Shown: piece by piece, positions 25,879 through 39,732 of the stretch
How the letters are laid out: the number at the start of each line of letters is the position of its first letter
Position numbering within the stretch: the stretch's first letter is position 1
Source of the DNA: Eledone cirrhosa
Taxonomy: Eukaryota
Length of the DNA: 64,000 nucleotides
Assembly (NCBI GenBank): GCA_964016885.1
Contig: OZ024743.1
Coordinates: 127,906,001-127,970,000, forward strand
Direction of reading: 5' to 3'
The notes under the pieces: model-generated
The model's database searches: none
The model's input: only the letters and a program-made list of their open reading frames with translations
Told to the model about the DNA's origin: nothing
Translations under genes and position numbers: made by a program

Positions 25879-26759
25879 AATTTATATTCATAGAAATCTG
25901 GGACTTGTTTCTTCTTCATCACTTTCTGCTGCTTAAACCATTTTGTCTGTTTACCCTAGCGTCCCCTTTATTTACGTGTCCCAACGACTTTTTTTAGCCG
26001 TTGCTCGCACCAACCTGAGGTATATGGCCTTTAATGCGACGAAATGCCTACGACGGTTGGAAGGCCACTGATGAGGACAAACTTTTTCATATGTAACCCA
26101 TTTGCAGCGCCGCAGCTCCATTATTATCATATTTACACATATATTTTTTCCTCCGCTGCCACCAGTCTGTTTCGTTCTTTGTGTCTTTACCCTTTCTAGC
26201 AGTTTCTCTCTCTCTGTTAGCCTCTTCCTCACCTTTCACTCACTCACTCTCTGTCACTACCTCTCCTCCTCCCCTTTCTTCCCGTTTGACCTGTCCGTAA
26301 TCCTTTTCTCGCGGGTAACTCGGCCAAGCCGGTATGAATTTTTTTTCTCTCTCTCTCGTCTGCGACTTCACAGAACTTATGTTTACCGAATTCGCAGACC
26401 AGACCCCTTCTTCCTCCCGTTAGACCTGTGCGAAATTCCTTCCTTGCTCACATTTCAACCAGGTTTGATGGTCTTTATTCTCTCGTTCACGATTCCACTG
26501 AATTTATATTCATAGAAATCTGGGACTTGTTACTTCTTCATCACTTTCTGCTGCTTAAACCATTTTGTCTGTTTACCCTAGCGTCCCCTTTATTTACGTG
26601 TCCCAACGACTTTTTTTAGCCGTTGCTCGCACCGACCTGAGGTATATGGCCTTTAATGCGACGAAATGCCTACGACGGTTGGAAGGCCACTGATGAGGAC
26701 AAACTTTTTCATATGTAACCCATTTGCAGCGCCGCAGCTCCATTATTATCATATTTACA
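25879..26759 (+). mobile_element. Non-coding element with 259-bp direct repeats (25879-26137, 26501-26759), period 622 nt
   Basis: Repeats differ at about 2 positions; pyrimidine-rich internal region; ends in a (TA)/(TG) tract. Confidence 0.88.
26010..26075 (+). ncRNA. Candidate rearranged (non-circularly permuted) hammerhead; second copy at 26632-26697
   Basis: AGGTA-TA-TGGCCTT ... C-GAAA-TGCCT ... AAGGCCA-CTGATGA-G. Confidence 0.62.
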
Positions 26760-26776
26760 TATATATATATGTGTGT

Positions 26777-26837
<61 letters not shown>

Positions 26838-26838
<1 letters not shown>

Positions 26839-27156
26839 GAGGCACATGGCTTAGTGGTTAGAGCATTGGCCTTGCAATCGAAAGGTTGTGAGTTCAATTC
26901 TCAGACTGGGTGATGTGTTGTTTCCTTGAGCAAGACACTTTATTTCACATTGCTCCAGTAGAAATGAGATGATAGGGACTGGGGACCCTATCATTCCACT
27001 GTAACGTGGACATGGAGGTGCCACGGCAAAAAAGCACCCAGCATTCACTGTAAATGAGGTTGGTGTTAGGAAGGGCATTCAGCTGTAGAAATCAAGCCAG
27101 AATCAGTTCCCGTCCCACCCTTGAAAGCAGGGAAAAAGTGGACGTAAAATGAAATG
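26838..27156 (+). mobile_element. SINE family B
   Basis: Near-identical to 15794-16133. Confidence 0.9.
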
Positions 27157-27578
27157 TGTGTGTGTATATATATCTATATACATGTATATATAGAAAGTGG
27201 GGGAAGAGGAGAGAAAGAGACATTTGGGGGTGGATAGATAGATAGATTGATAGATAGAACAATATGTTAAAAACAAATAGAAAGAGAAGCCTATTTACTC
27301 TTAAACAATTTGTAAGACGTTCTGGCTGCCATTATCTGGAATTACTTACATATCAAGAAGTGGCAGATTATCTAAGTGGCAAATAAATCTTCAAATCAAG
27401 TGGGGGCTTATTATTCCACAAAACTTGAACAAAATATATATATATATTCTCAGGGGTGCAGGTATGGCTGTGTGGTTAAGAAGTTTGTTTCACAACTATT
27501 TGGTCTCATGTTTGATATCACTGAGCGCCAAATATATAACCTTCAGTCAACTGGTCGACCATAGGATGTTTGTTGTCT

Positions 27579-27647
<69 letters not shown>

Positions 27648-28489
27648 TCATCATCATCATCATCACATCATCATCGTCATCATTGTTGTTTTAACTAACG
27701 TTTGCTTTCCCTGCTAGCAAGGGTTGGACAGGTCTACATAAACAAAATCAGTACTGAAGAGGGGCTACTGTTTTGCCAGCCAAGCTAGGGATCTTTGTCT
27801 TGCTTATGTACAGCTTCATATTCTACCAACAACACAGTAGAGGTTGTCATGTCTTTGACACAACTTAGGGTCCTCCCAACCATTTCTTTGGCAAGATTTC
27901 TATCACCAACCATTTTACAGCATGTACTGGGTGCATGTACTGGGTTCATATACTAGGGATAACTGAAGCGTCCTCCCAACATGTCTTCTTGAAATCCATG
28001 TATGCAATTGCTGCCTCTTTCTTGTGATTCCATACCTCCTCAGCAATCCTTTTTAGAGCCAAAATGTATGAGGTATGAGAGCAAGCTGGTCAACAACCAT
28101 TTTGGCTGGAACATAACAGAAGGGAAAGGATGGTAGTGGCAGTGGAGGGAGGAGTAGAGCTATGTGAAGGCCGTGATAATGGACATTCTATTTTCACCCT
28201 AATAATCCCCCTCCAATTAATCTTCTGTTATTTGTACTGTCTCTATTATTGAATGTTTAGTTCTTGTCTGTAAGAAGCAGGTTTAGTTCTTGTCTGTAAG
28301 AAGCAGGTGAAACTCACTAAATTAACAAGACTCACAATTTAGCCTTAATAAAATATTTAAACTCTTAAATAACTCTTAATAAAATATTTAAACTTTGGTA
28401 TTGAGTACTTTATTTCCTCAGCTTCCAACTACATACATATATATATATTCATATTATCATCATCATCATGTGTGTATGGTGTGTGTGTG

Positions 28490-28815
28490 TGAAGGAACTT
28501 GGCTTAGGGATTAGGGTATTCAGCTCACTATCATAAGGTCATAAGTTAGATTCCCAGTAACACATTGTATCTTGAGCAAGGCACTTTATTTCTTGCTACT
28601 CCAGTTCAATCAGCTGGCAAGAAAGAGTTGTACCTGTAATTCAAAGGGCCAGCCATGTCACATTCTGTGTCATGCTGAATCTTCCTGAGAACTACATTAA
28701 GGGTACATGTGTCTGTGGAATGCTCAGATACTTGCACGTTAGTTTCACGAGCATTCTTATCTGTTGATTGTATCAACTGGAACACTCTTTGTTGTAACCG
28801 ACGAGAGCCAGTATA
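28490..28815 (+). mobile_element. Older tRNA/CORE-like SINE
   Basis: Decayed tRNA head and CTTGAGCAAGGCACTTTATTTC core. Confidence 0.6.
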
Positions 28816-28825
28816 TCATCCTTCA

Positions 28826-29430
28826 TCATTTTCATTTCATTTTTACTTCCGCTTTTCCCTGCTTGCAAGGGTGGGACGGGAACTGATTCTGGCTTGATTT
28901 CTACAGCTGGATGCCCTTCCTAGCACCAACCTCATTTACAGTGAGTGCTGGGTGCTTTTTTGCCGTGGCACCTCCACGACCACTTTGCAGTGGAATGATT
29001 TGGACCCCAGTCCCTATCATCTCATTTCTACAGCTGAGTAAACTGGAGCAATGTGAAATAAAGTGTCTTGCTCAAGGAAACAACACAACACCCATATATA
29101 TATATATGGAGGCACATGGCTTAGTGGTTAGAGCATTGGCCTTGCAATCGAAAGGTTGTGAGTTCAATTCTCAGACCGGGTGATGTGTTGTTTCCTTGAG
29201 CAAGACACTTTATTTCACATTGCTCCAGTTTACTCAGCTGTAGAAATAAGATGATAGGACTGGGGTCCCTATCATTCCACTGCAAAGTGGTCGTGGAGGT
29301 GCCACGGCAAAAAAGCATCCAGCACTCACTGTAAATGAGGTTGGTGTTAGGAAGGGCATCCAGCTGTAGAAATCAAGCCAGAATCAGTTCCTGTCCCACC
29401 CTTGCAAGCAGGGAAAAGCGGAAGTAAAAA
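28826..29430. mobile_element. Head-to-head SINE family B pair (minus 28826-29090, 5'-truncated; plus 29108-29430)
   Basis: ~260-bp inverted arms. Confidence 0.9.
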
Positions 29431-29954
29431 AATTAAAAAAAATCTATATATATAACAATAGACAGTCTCAAATATCATTACTTGAGATTCCTATATGGTA
29501 ATGTAACTGCCATAATAATAACCGTGTCTAAAATTCATGTGTTTGTTGTTGTATGATGTCAGTGGAAAATAGGAAAATTACATTGGATAAGAATACATAA
29601 CTAATGAATCAAACAATATGTAATTAGACTTGACAGTTTTTGTCAGTAAATCTCTAAATATTTGTTTTGTTTAGTGGGGAAAAAATTTATTACTTTGTGT
29701 TTCAGCCATTTTATTAACCAAGAACAAAGTTAAATCCAGAAGAAGAAATTGAGGTGAACACATGAACAGCAAACAATGACCTAAAACAAAGTTAACGTTT
29801 TTGATACCTAACTGCCCAGAATTGCTGTAATTTTATAGTGTTTATATTTAGCTCAAAATGTCCATAATAATTTTATGTAAGAACATTTGTTAAGTTATAT
29901 GACTGAGACCTCTGGCATTACGCAGTAATACAGAAAACCTGACTTCCCACAGTT

Positions 29955-30205
29955 ACAAGCCGAAGTGTGGTCGTGGAGGTGTCATGACAAAAATGCACCC
30001 AGTCCACACTGTAAAGTGGTCGTGTACGCACCACAGTAAAAAAGAACCCAGTACTCACTGTAAATGAGGTTGGGTTAGGAAGGGCATCCAGCTGTAGAAA
30101 TCAAGCCAAAATCAGTTCCCGTATGAGCAAGACAAGGTCACCGAACCTGGCATTGCTCACAACAAGACAACCCATCTAACCCATGGAAGAATGAACGTAA
30201 AACGG
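29955..30205 (+). mobile_element. RTE family B 3'UTR fragment
   Basis: GGAAGGGCATCCAGCTGTAGAAATCAAGCC...CCCATCTAACCCATG matches the reverse complement of 10090-10330. Confidence 0.7.
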
Positions 30206-31118
30206 TACAAGACCAATATAGATTTGTCTCAGTCAAAAAACAATCTTGTCTCACTCCACCATTTTATCATTGTATTAAGACTCCACTTTTGAATATGGGA
30301 TACATGTATTTGTAGGTGTGCAACAGCCTCTTCCACACTTCAGGTTCATCACAAATGAATGAGCTACAGCCACCAGGTGGTGGGAGATTTTGTTCATTGA
30401 ACACAATAAATACCCTCTACTCTACTTCATAAGGAAATCACACTACTTGGATACAAGAAATATCCTTCACACTTCTGATGGAAATATCATTACTCCTTGG
30501 ACACAAAAGAGAGGTTGATCCTTAGACACAAGAAATGCCCTTTGTTACATTTTGGAGCAAGATCTCATTATTTGGACACAAGAAATAAGCTCTAAACTAC
30601 TTATGATAAACTGCAATTAATTTAAGATTTTAAAATTTATTACATTTCAAACAGTTCGCAGCTGTCTTTAAATATTAAACAGTTTTAAACATATTAAAAC
30701 ACAGGTTTATTTTTCATTTGTTTGCTATATATTGAATGCAGAATATAAAAAAAATGAGTGTAAACCAAAATAGGAGGTATTTACATGTCAGCAGTTTAAT
30801 GGTAAATAGTTTAAAATAAGCCGACCGACCGAGCATGCTACTGCTCAGCCGGAAGCAGGTGCACATTGGTTATTAACAGATGCAACATCAGAGCAAACTA
30901 GCAGTAAAGTACATACATTAGCCACATTATAGAGGGAGTCTGAGAGAGATGGTAGGTAGGAAGGAAGGAGGGAAAGTAAGAGTGTGTGCCATTTATCGGT
31001 GTTTTACTCCTGTTGCATCAGATGAAGTTTACTTTATCTCTTTTCACATTTCTTCTCAACAATAAATCTTTAAGCCTTCAGTTTATGTACGAAATCATTA
31101 TTCATATAAGATTTGCAG

Positions 31119-31157
<39 letters not shown>

Positions 31158-31179
31158 ATGCATGTATGTGTGTATGTAT

Positions 31180-31214
<35 letters not shown>

Positions 31215-31262
31215 CATACACACACACACACTCACACACATACACTCACACACGTACACACT

Positions 31263-31306
<44 letters not shown>

Positions 31307-31309
<3 letters not shown>

Positions 31310-32607
31310 GGTGCGGACGATATTTGTTTGCAAGATTACTGTCTAGGAAAAAGTAACACACCAGTTTTATTTTTTAAGATATATTTATCAAACTTGGGTC
31401 AGTTTGTCTTCATGACTTGTTCTTTCGATCTCACTCGATAAACCCGTCATTGGCTTTGATGAAGGCATCAAGGCGGCCTCGGAACCGGCTCCAGGTCTTC
31501 GTCACTGTCCTCCGCCTTAAGCCCCTAAAGGCACTTGTGATCCTGGCCTTCAGATCGTCTTTTGTATTGCAGCTGGTGTCTCGTTCCACTGCGGCCCACA
31601 CAAAGAAGTCGAGGGGGTTGCAGTCAGGCGAGCTGGGAGGCCAGATGTCAGGTGAAGTGTGGTCAACAAACTTTTATGACAGCCAGGCTTGGGTCTTTCG
31701 GCTGGTATGGCAGGGCGCTGAGTCTTGCTGCCACACGTACGGCCTACCTGCAGCTACCTGGTTGATCCAGGGCTTTACTACCTCGCTCAGAACGCGGATT
31801 TAGCCATCGGTGTTCAGCTTGAGGCCCTCAGGGAAGAAGTGAGGTGGCATGATGTCACCTTGACTGCTGACGACGCCTAAGACCAATGTTGTCGCTGGAA
31901 ACTTTGTCTGCATGACTCTGGGCACGTCTTTAGATGAGACAGTGAGCCACCTGTTGTTCTGGGAGTTGATCTTCTGGTCTTGGCAGAAGTTTTTCTCGTC
32001 GGAGAAAAACCACAGCATGTCTGGCTCCAGTGGGTGTTTCAACTTGTTGATCAGCTTCTTTGCGTGCTTCAGTCGCTTTTCTTGCATCGCCTTTGACAGA
32101 AATTGTCCTTTCCTCATCTTGTATGAAACGTAGCGAATGTCTTCATGTACCACCAGCCTAATGAGCTTTTCATCCATGCCTTTCTCCCTTGCAATGGCAC
32201 GCATCGACTTGCTAGGTTCATTAGTGATGATATCCTGAACTTCAGCGACGAACTCGGGCGTTCTGAAGGCATCAGATCATCGATCATGTGTTTTCCTCTC
32301 TGATGTTGCTTCGTAGTCGAATCCTGAATCTTCCAATTCCTTTCTGACCTTTCCACCATTCTCCAGCTGATGCTGAGAAAGTCTGAAATTTCCTTATTTG
32401 TCCTCCGGCGCGGATTCCAAGAAGAACTCCGTGTCTCTTCCACAAATTTGGAGGTTCAAAATTATTCATAATCAATTATTCTGAAAATAAAATAAATAAT
32501 GGAAATATAGTCACTGTTTTTATGAAGACAAGAGTGACAATGGAAGTAAAAAAAATTTGCATCAAATTATCAGTTGAAAATTGCGAACAAATATCGTCCA
32601 CACCCTG
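31307..32607 (-). mobile_element. Tc1/mariner DD37D (maT-type) transposon, full length, inactivated transposase
   Basis: 27-bp TIRs CAGGGTGYGGACGATATTTGTTYGCAA with TA flanks; WFFSDEKNF; QQD-37 aa-D (WPPSSPDCNPLDF) with in-frame stops and frameshifts. Confidence 0.95.
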
Positions 32608-34848
32608 TATATATACATATATATACTCAAGGTAAATATCGATAATATTTCAAGCTCAATGTAAATCCACAAACAGTAAAATAAAATAAATCATCTTAGC
32701 AGTGGTATAATCTGTAAAATAAGTTAAAGGAAGGGCCCATTAAAGTCTACTTATACATAGAATTTTAAATAATGGGAATAATCCTAAACTGGTGAATTTG
32801 AAGGTTGGAAGCATAAGGTTAGATATTAATAAGATAAATCCTACAATAGGTCATAAGCTTAGCTCTAGGATCTAATTATCTCAATGATAATAATTAATAT
32901 CATGTTTTTTTGTGGGGTGGGGTTATGTTCTGTAACTCCTGAGAGAGTTGTATGGGTGCTGTACTGATATACAATGTTTCTAGGGCTTTTTTTTAAATTC
33001 TGATGTAAACTATCTCCTCTCCAGGTCTGAATACTGTGAGAAAGATATGTAAAGGACGAATTGACCCCAGTACTAGACTGGTACTTTTTTTTATCAACTT
33101 TGAATGAATAAAAAGCAAAGTTGACCTCAGCAAGATTTTAACTCAGAGAGCAGAGAGCAGGAACGAAAATCACAAGGCATTTTAACTGATATTCTAACGA
33201 CTCTTTTCTAACGCCAATTTGCTGCCTTGAATATCTAGTAGCTACTACTAAAATAATTAGGTGAAAAATACTTAGTATAATATTGTTTTGGAATCCAAGT
33301 ATTGCCTAATATGGTCATAAGCAAACTGTGGCCAGTAGGCTGTCTGTGGATCATTTGGCTTTCTGAATGACATGCCTAATTTCAAAATTACCATGAATTT
33401 GTTTTACTAATACTGCCTGCTTTATAAAGAGCCATTCTCATGTGGCCCACTGCTCAAAAAAAGGTTGCCCATACATGATCTAATATACCAAAGTATAATG
33501 GTATGATATGTCCATATTTAATTTCTTTTGAGCTTTAGTAGGACAACTGGATCAGTATAATTTTATTTTATTTTTATCTATATCTTTGTTTATATATATA
33601 TAAATAAAATCAAAATCCGTGCATAGCAGTAGTTACCCGTATAATAAATATTAGCAAATGCACACATGGAAAAACAGACATAAATGACAAACAAATACAA
33701 GCATATATTCTCTTCTTCAGCCACCTCCTGGAAATACAATTTCATACATTAAGGTGGGATTGTATTATTATAGTCAGCTTCTACAGAGCCTTAAATTTTA
33801 TTTTTACTTTAGTGTCAGAGAGATGCATAAAGACAAGGCTACAATAAACAGTGCAGATGAATACAATACCATCGAAGACAAAGCAAATTTAAATACAGAA
33901 ATGTCTATGAGATTGATTAAAACAATGGTATGAGTGCAATAATAAAAACTGGAAAGGAAGGAAATATAGGGCCTTTCATCCAGATCCAGCAGAAAAGCAG
34001 TTGTCCAGCTCAACTTCAGCAAAAGAAACACATGACACACGCATGCTAAGAGAACTCTTCAGTTGGAGAATGTTTCTAGTGTTGGAAACACAAAAACATG
34101 TACACTGTACAATCTATAAAGTGTGTGGTGATAGGAAGGGCATTTACCCATAGAAAACTTGCCAAACAAAGAGTCAAAAGAACTCTTCAGTTGTGTCAAA
34201 GATACAAAAAATTTTCCAGTGATTATTTAAACCCTTTTGGTATCATATTTCTAATAATAGAAAGACACTACCTATTTTTTTCAAATAATTTTGAACATAA
34301 TTTGGAGTGATTTAGTAATAGAACTAATGTTATCATTATTAAGTTATTATCTGGAACATAACGCATAGCTTAACAAAGGTTCTCACATAAAGTTATCATA
34401 AAAAGTAATTAGATAAATATAAATACTTTGAAACAGTTTCAGGCAGTTTGGTATTAAAACCTTCTATTTGAATTAAGATTTATGAGGGATTTACTAAAAT
34501 TATTATTTCATTACTAAGATAGTAACTTAACATATGGTTCTTATATAACATTGTGTTGGAAGATTTTAATTTAATTAAGAACCCTTAGAAATGGGTGGTT
34601 TTGTTTCAAAGAACCAGAGCTGGTTTTGACCAGATTAGTATCAAAAGGGCTAGAATAAATATATCAGTGAGTTTAGTAAATAACTTAGACCATCTGATGA
34701 AAAACGTCAGATATATTAGTGTTAACATATTTAATATTGTGGCCAGCAAAAACTCTAATTAGAAATAATTTATGTGTAGAAAACATTATTTATGATGTGT
34801 AAATAATATTTGGTTAACTTACGAAACTTGAAAAGTCACCACAACTAA

Positions 34849-35080
34849 AATAACTATAATAGTAGTTGATAACTATAAATAATAGTTGAATGTATCAGGT
34901 AAAGTTCTCCTGGAGAGAGAAAAAAGTAGAGAGAAACGCCAGTGGGGAAATGATCCGCACATCTCTCATATGACAGGGAAAAGCTTTTGGTATCTCTATC
35001 CACCTTTTTCCATCTCTAGAGGTACTTTATTCAATTTATTCAACTATTACTTATAGTTATCAACTATTATTACAGTTATC
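34849..35080. mobile_element. Fold-back MITE-like element, ~85-bp imperfect arms
   Basis: ATAACTATAATAGTAGTTGATAACTATAA vs TTATAGTTATCAACTATTATTACAGTTAT. Confidence 0.65.
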
Positions 35081-35962
35081 TGCATTGTAGCGACTATATT
35101 TCCAAATTATTTATGATGTTTAAACCCACTCTGCTGTTAACACAAGATATAACAGAAATTTCGCTTTAAAGAAATTAAATTAAAAAAGCTACTCTTACAA
35201 GAAATAACAAACATTTCCATAACTCTATATCTTTCTTAGTACGTGAAGTTTATTTTCCTCTCTACCTGCATAAACCATACATTAAATCATACAGTTAACA
35301 TGACTAACAACTTAATGGCCATCTAATCATGATTTTAACTAAAGCCATCAAAAGGATCCGTTTCAAATCTTAAGTGGAAATAAATTCCATAACAAAACAA
35401 AAAAAAGAGTAAATATACACCCAACACTCAAACAATCATATTTAATGCAGTTCTTCTCTACATTTTATCCCCTTCCCCCACCCAACCCTGTAGAATGGAA
35501 TGGACCTCCATCAGTTTCAACGATGAATGTTCCAGTTGTTTGATCAACAGAACAGTGTGCTAATGAAATTAATGTATAAATGGTTGAATATTCCAGACAT
35601 GTATACACTGAACACAATTCTCAGGGGTATTTGGCATGATACAGTGTGTGACAGTGCTGGCCCTTTGAATTACAGGTACAGTCCATCTGATGGGCTTCCA
35701 AACAGTCTCTGTCTACCCAGTTTCAATAACAAGATTTAGGTCAACCCAAGGCTATGTTAAATGATACTTGCTCTTAATTTTACACAGGAGGATCAAACCT
35801 GGGACATAAGGATTGTGAAGTGAACTTTTTAACTATTTGGACATGCTACATCCACTCTCCCTACTATATTATCCCTTTCAATATTGTCCCTCTCTACATG
35901 TTACCCTCTTTTACTGTCACATTCAGTACAATCATCCCTCTCTACATGATATCTGTTCCCTC

Positions 35963-36497
35963 TCCCACTGTACAAACACCTTTACATGTTAACCCACTAT
36001 ACAACCACCTTTACATGTTACCCCACTGTACAACCACCTTTACATGTTACCCCACTGTACAACCACCTTTACATGTTACCCCACTGTACAATCACCTTTA
36101 GATGTTGCCCCACTGTACAATCACCTTTACATGTTACCCCACTGTACAATCACCTTTACATGTTACCCCACTATACAACCTTTACATGTTACCCCACTGT
36201 ACAACCACCTTTATATGTTACCCCCACTGTACAACCACCTTTACATGTTACCTCACTGTACAATCACCTTTAGATGTTACCCCACTGTACAATCACCTTT
36301 ACATGTTACACCACTGTACAATCACCTTTACATGTTACCCCACTGTACAATCACCTTTACATGTTACCCACTGTACAATCACCTTTACATGTTACCCCAC
36401 TGTACAACCACCTTTACATGTTACCCCACTGTACAATCACCTTTACATGTTACCCCACTGTACAACCACCTTTACATGTTACCTCACTGTATAATCA
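35963..36497. repeat. 29-bp minisatellite, ~18 copies
   Basis: Unit CCCCACTGTACAAYCACCTTTACATGTTA, with decayed copies on both flanks. Confidence 0.95.
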
Positions 36498-37029
36498 CAT
36501 CTAGAGAAGGATGATTACAAATTATTCTTCTCTAGATGTTATTCCCCACACCCATCCCATTGTATTCTCCCCACCCCATATCCTCAACACTTTCAATACA
36601 ATCTACATGTTACCCCACTGTACAATCATCTTTTATACAGTCCTTTTCTAGATGTTCCCTGCTCCCAGTACAATCGCCTTCAATATTGTCATCCTTCTCT
36701 ATATGTTATAACCCCCACCCCCACCCCACCCTACCCATCTTTGTACAATCAGCTTTTCTACAAGTTATCTGTCCTGTACAATCACCTTTCATACAGTCCC
36801 CTCTCTACATGTTAAATGATCTCTGTACAATCTCCTTCAATACTGTCATTTATTCAGGCATATCAACTATTAAAACTTTCTGATACAACTGCTAGAAAAC
36901 TATTCATTTTAAAGTATTTATATTAAAAAAATCTTTCATCAAAAACTCTACGTGAAAACTTTTAAGTTATGTTCCATACACCAGTTTAATAATGTAATGT
37001 TAGTTATATAACTAAATCCCTTCTAAGTC

Positions 37030-39720
37030 ATCATCCTCAACACCATTTAATGTTTATTTTTCCACGTTAGCATGAGTTAGACAGGTTATCCCATTATGAG
37101 ACAAGCAAGATCAGATGACCGTGTCTTATTCATAGAGAACTGATTCTGGCTTGGTTTCTATGGCTGGATGCCCTTCTTAATGCTAATCACATTTACAGTG
37201 TGGACGATGTGCTTTCTGTTGTGACACCTACATGACCACTTAACAGTGTGGATTGGGTGCTTTCTGTTGTGACGCCTACATGACCACTTAACAGTGTGGA
37301 TTGGGTGCTTTCTGTTGTGACACCTACATGACCACTTAACAGTGTGGATTGGGTGCTTTCTGTTGTGACACCTACATGACCACTTAACAGTGTGGATTGG
37401 GTGCTTTCTGTTGTGATGCCTACATGACCATTTTGCAGGGTGGATAGGGTGCTTATTTTTGTGCCACGAAAATGACTACTTTACAGTGTGGACTGGGGAG
37501 TTGGGATGGGGTAGGTGCGTGGGAATTGGAGAGGTAGATCTAGGGTGGGGCACTTATCTGGTGATGGAGAGGTGTAAGGACGGGGATGAAAGGTGGGGTG
37601 TTATGACATGGAAGGTGTATGGAAGCAAAGAAGGGAAGGTAGGGGAAAGTTGTACATACTAGAATGTATGCTTCAATCCGTGCACATGAGAAGACAGGTT
37701 TTCTGTATTTATTACTGTGCAACACCAGAGATCTCTAGTGGTGCAATTGGACAAGGTCAGCTTTTATCACTTCATCCCAAGTCTTCCTAGGTCTTCCTAC
37801 TCCATAGGTCCCATCAACTTTGTGTGCCCTGCACCTTTTTATACAGCTGTCATCTTTCATATGCATCACATGTCCCTACCAATGCACTCTCCTCTCCTGC
37901 ACACTGCTCCTGATCCCTCTTATGACCAGTTTCTCTCTCAGTTCATTTATGCTTTGCTGTTCATGTATTGTTACACATCGATCGAATCATTCCAGCTTCA
38001 TTTCTTTCCAATCATTGCAGGTCTTTTGCACATAGCAGCCAGGTCTCACTATCATACAACATCGCTGTTTGTATGCATGCATCATACAATCTTCCCTTCA
38101 CTTTGAGGGAAAAGCTTTTTGTAGTAATCAGTGGTAGTATCTCCCTGCACTTTCTCCATTCCATTCTCACTTTGGCTACTGTACTTTCAGAACACCCAGC
38201 TCCACTGCTAATTTGGTCACCTAGGTAACAGAAACTATCAACTATTTCTACCGAGCTCTCTGGGCATTTAAAGGAACTAGTATCTTATGGGCTCTTGCTA
38301 CTTACTGCACCTGTGCAACGACCATATAGAAAACCTGCGTTCTTTGCTAGCCTGCCTGAAATCCGACTACATCACTTGAGGCATAGGATGTGATTTCTAC
38401 CTACTGCTTTCCTGCACACTGAGCAAGGTCATTTCCCTGAGGGAATCCGGGTCCTGTTTTCCTTTCTACATATTAGGACATTGGTTTTTGCCAAGATGAC
38501 TTTAAGACTTTGGGATTCTAGGCCTTGCTTCCTTCTTCTCTAATTCTGCCATATATTCAGCTATGGGGTTTAGATCATCTCATACAGATGTTCTTATGAG
38601 CAGCCAGTCATAACCTCTCCTGTTATAGCCTGCAGGATGATAATAAACATGTGAGGGTTAAAAATGGAGCCCAGGTGAAATCCTACCTGCACACTAAATT
38701 CTTCACTATAGTCATTATTAATTCTAAACTTGCTGACTGTTCCTCTAGACATGGTTTTTACTGCCCTCACAAACCACTCATCTACTCCTAGTTTTCTAAG
38801 AACCCACCAGATAATGGAACGGGGGGGGGGGTGTCAAAAGCTTTCTCCAAGTCAACAAATTCCAAGTAGAAGGTACTTCTCCAGCAATTGCCTGGCAAGG
38901 AAGAGAACATCAGTGGTACTTTTACCTGGCACAAATCCAATCTGGTTTACTCAGTCCCTGATCGGCTGTGCTATAACTCTTTTTGTGACCTCCATGAACT
39001 GGTCAACTAACTTGATGCCTCTATAGTTTTATCTGTCTAGACCATCGCCTTTGCCCTTGTAACAGTTGATGCTGCTGCTGTTATGCCAGTGATTTTGTAT
39101 TACTTGGTATACAATACTGGTGGTTAAGGCTTGACACACCATCACAAATGCTTTCAGCATCTCAAAAACTATCCCTGAAAGCCAGCTGCTTTGCCTGTCT
39201 TCATATCCTTGCCTTACTTATTATAGTACTACTGATTCATACAGCCTTCTGTTGGGTTTACTATCTTCATCCTGTGCATTCTCTTCATTCAGTAGTCTTT
39301 CAGGGTGGCACTTTCATGCTACCTTCTTTTCAGCATCAGTGAGGGCAAGTACACCATTTTCATCTCAGATACTTCTCTCCATCAACATCACAATTTTCTC
39401 TGACACACTTCCTCACAATCCTGAACACTTCATACCTTTGGTCCTCACATAGCAGAACATATTTAGATTTCTTATTTTCTGCTTCCCTACTTGCAAAATG
39501 TACTTATCACCTACCTACGCCCCTAGCATCCTATGAGTGTGCTCTACTTCCGACATTCTGCCTTCTTTCCATGACTGTCTTTTGACCTATTTCACCACCT
39601 TCTACCTAGGGACCTTCTCCAACCACAGATTTCGTTTATTGCTTTCAGTAGGTTATCTTTAAGGAACTCCCACTGATACTCTATATTGCATGTTTCTATT
39701 TGCTCTTCCTTACTGTCAAA
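37030..39720 (-). mobile_element. Decayed RTE family B LINE; 48-bp tandem repeats at 37195-37450
   Basis: Colinear with 39733-42460. Confidence 0.85.
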
Positions 39721-39732
39721 AGTGCCAAGCAA

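Noticed and set aside
26015-26074. Box D/box C K-turn or SECIS reading of CTGA...TGATGA
   Set aside because: No terminal C/D pair and no AUGA/AAR geometry; the hammerhead register explains more pairings.
29108-29180. tRNA gene-like A/B boxes
   Set aside because: SINE heads, present in multiple copies with identical non-tRNA bodies.
35963-36497. CRISPR-like 29-bp repeats
   Set aside because: No spacers; eukaryotic minisatellite.
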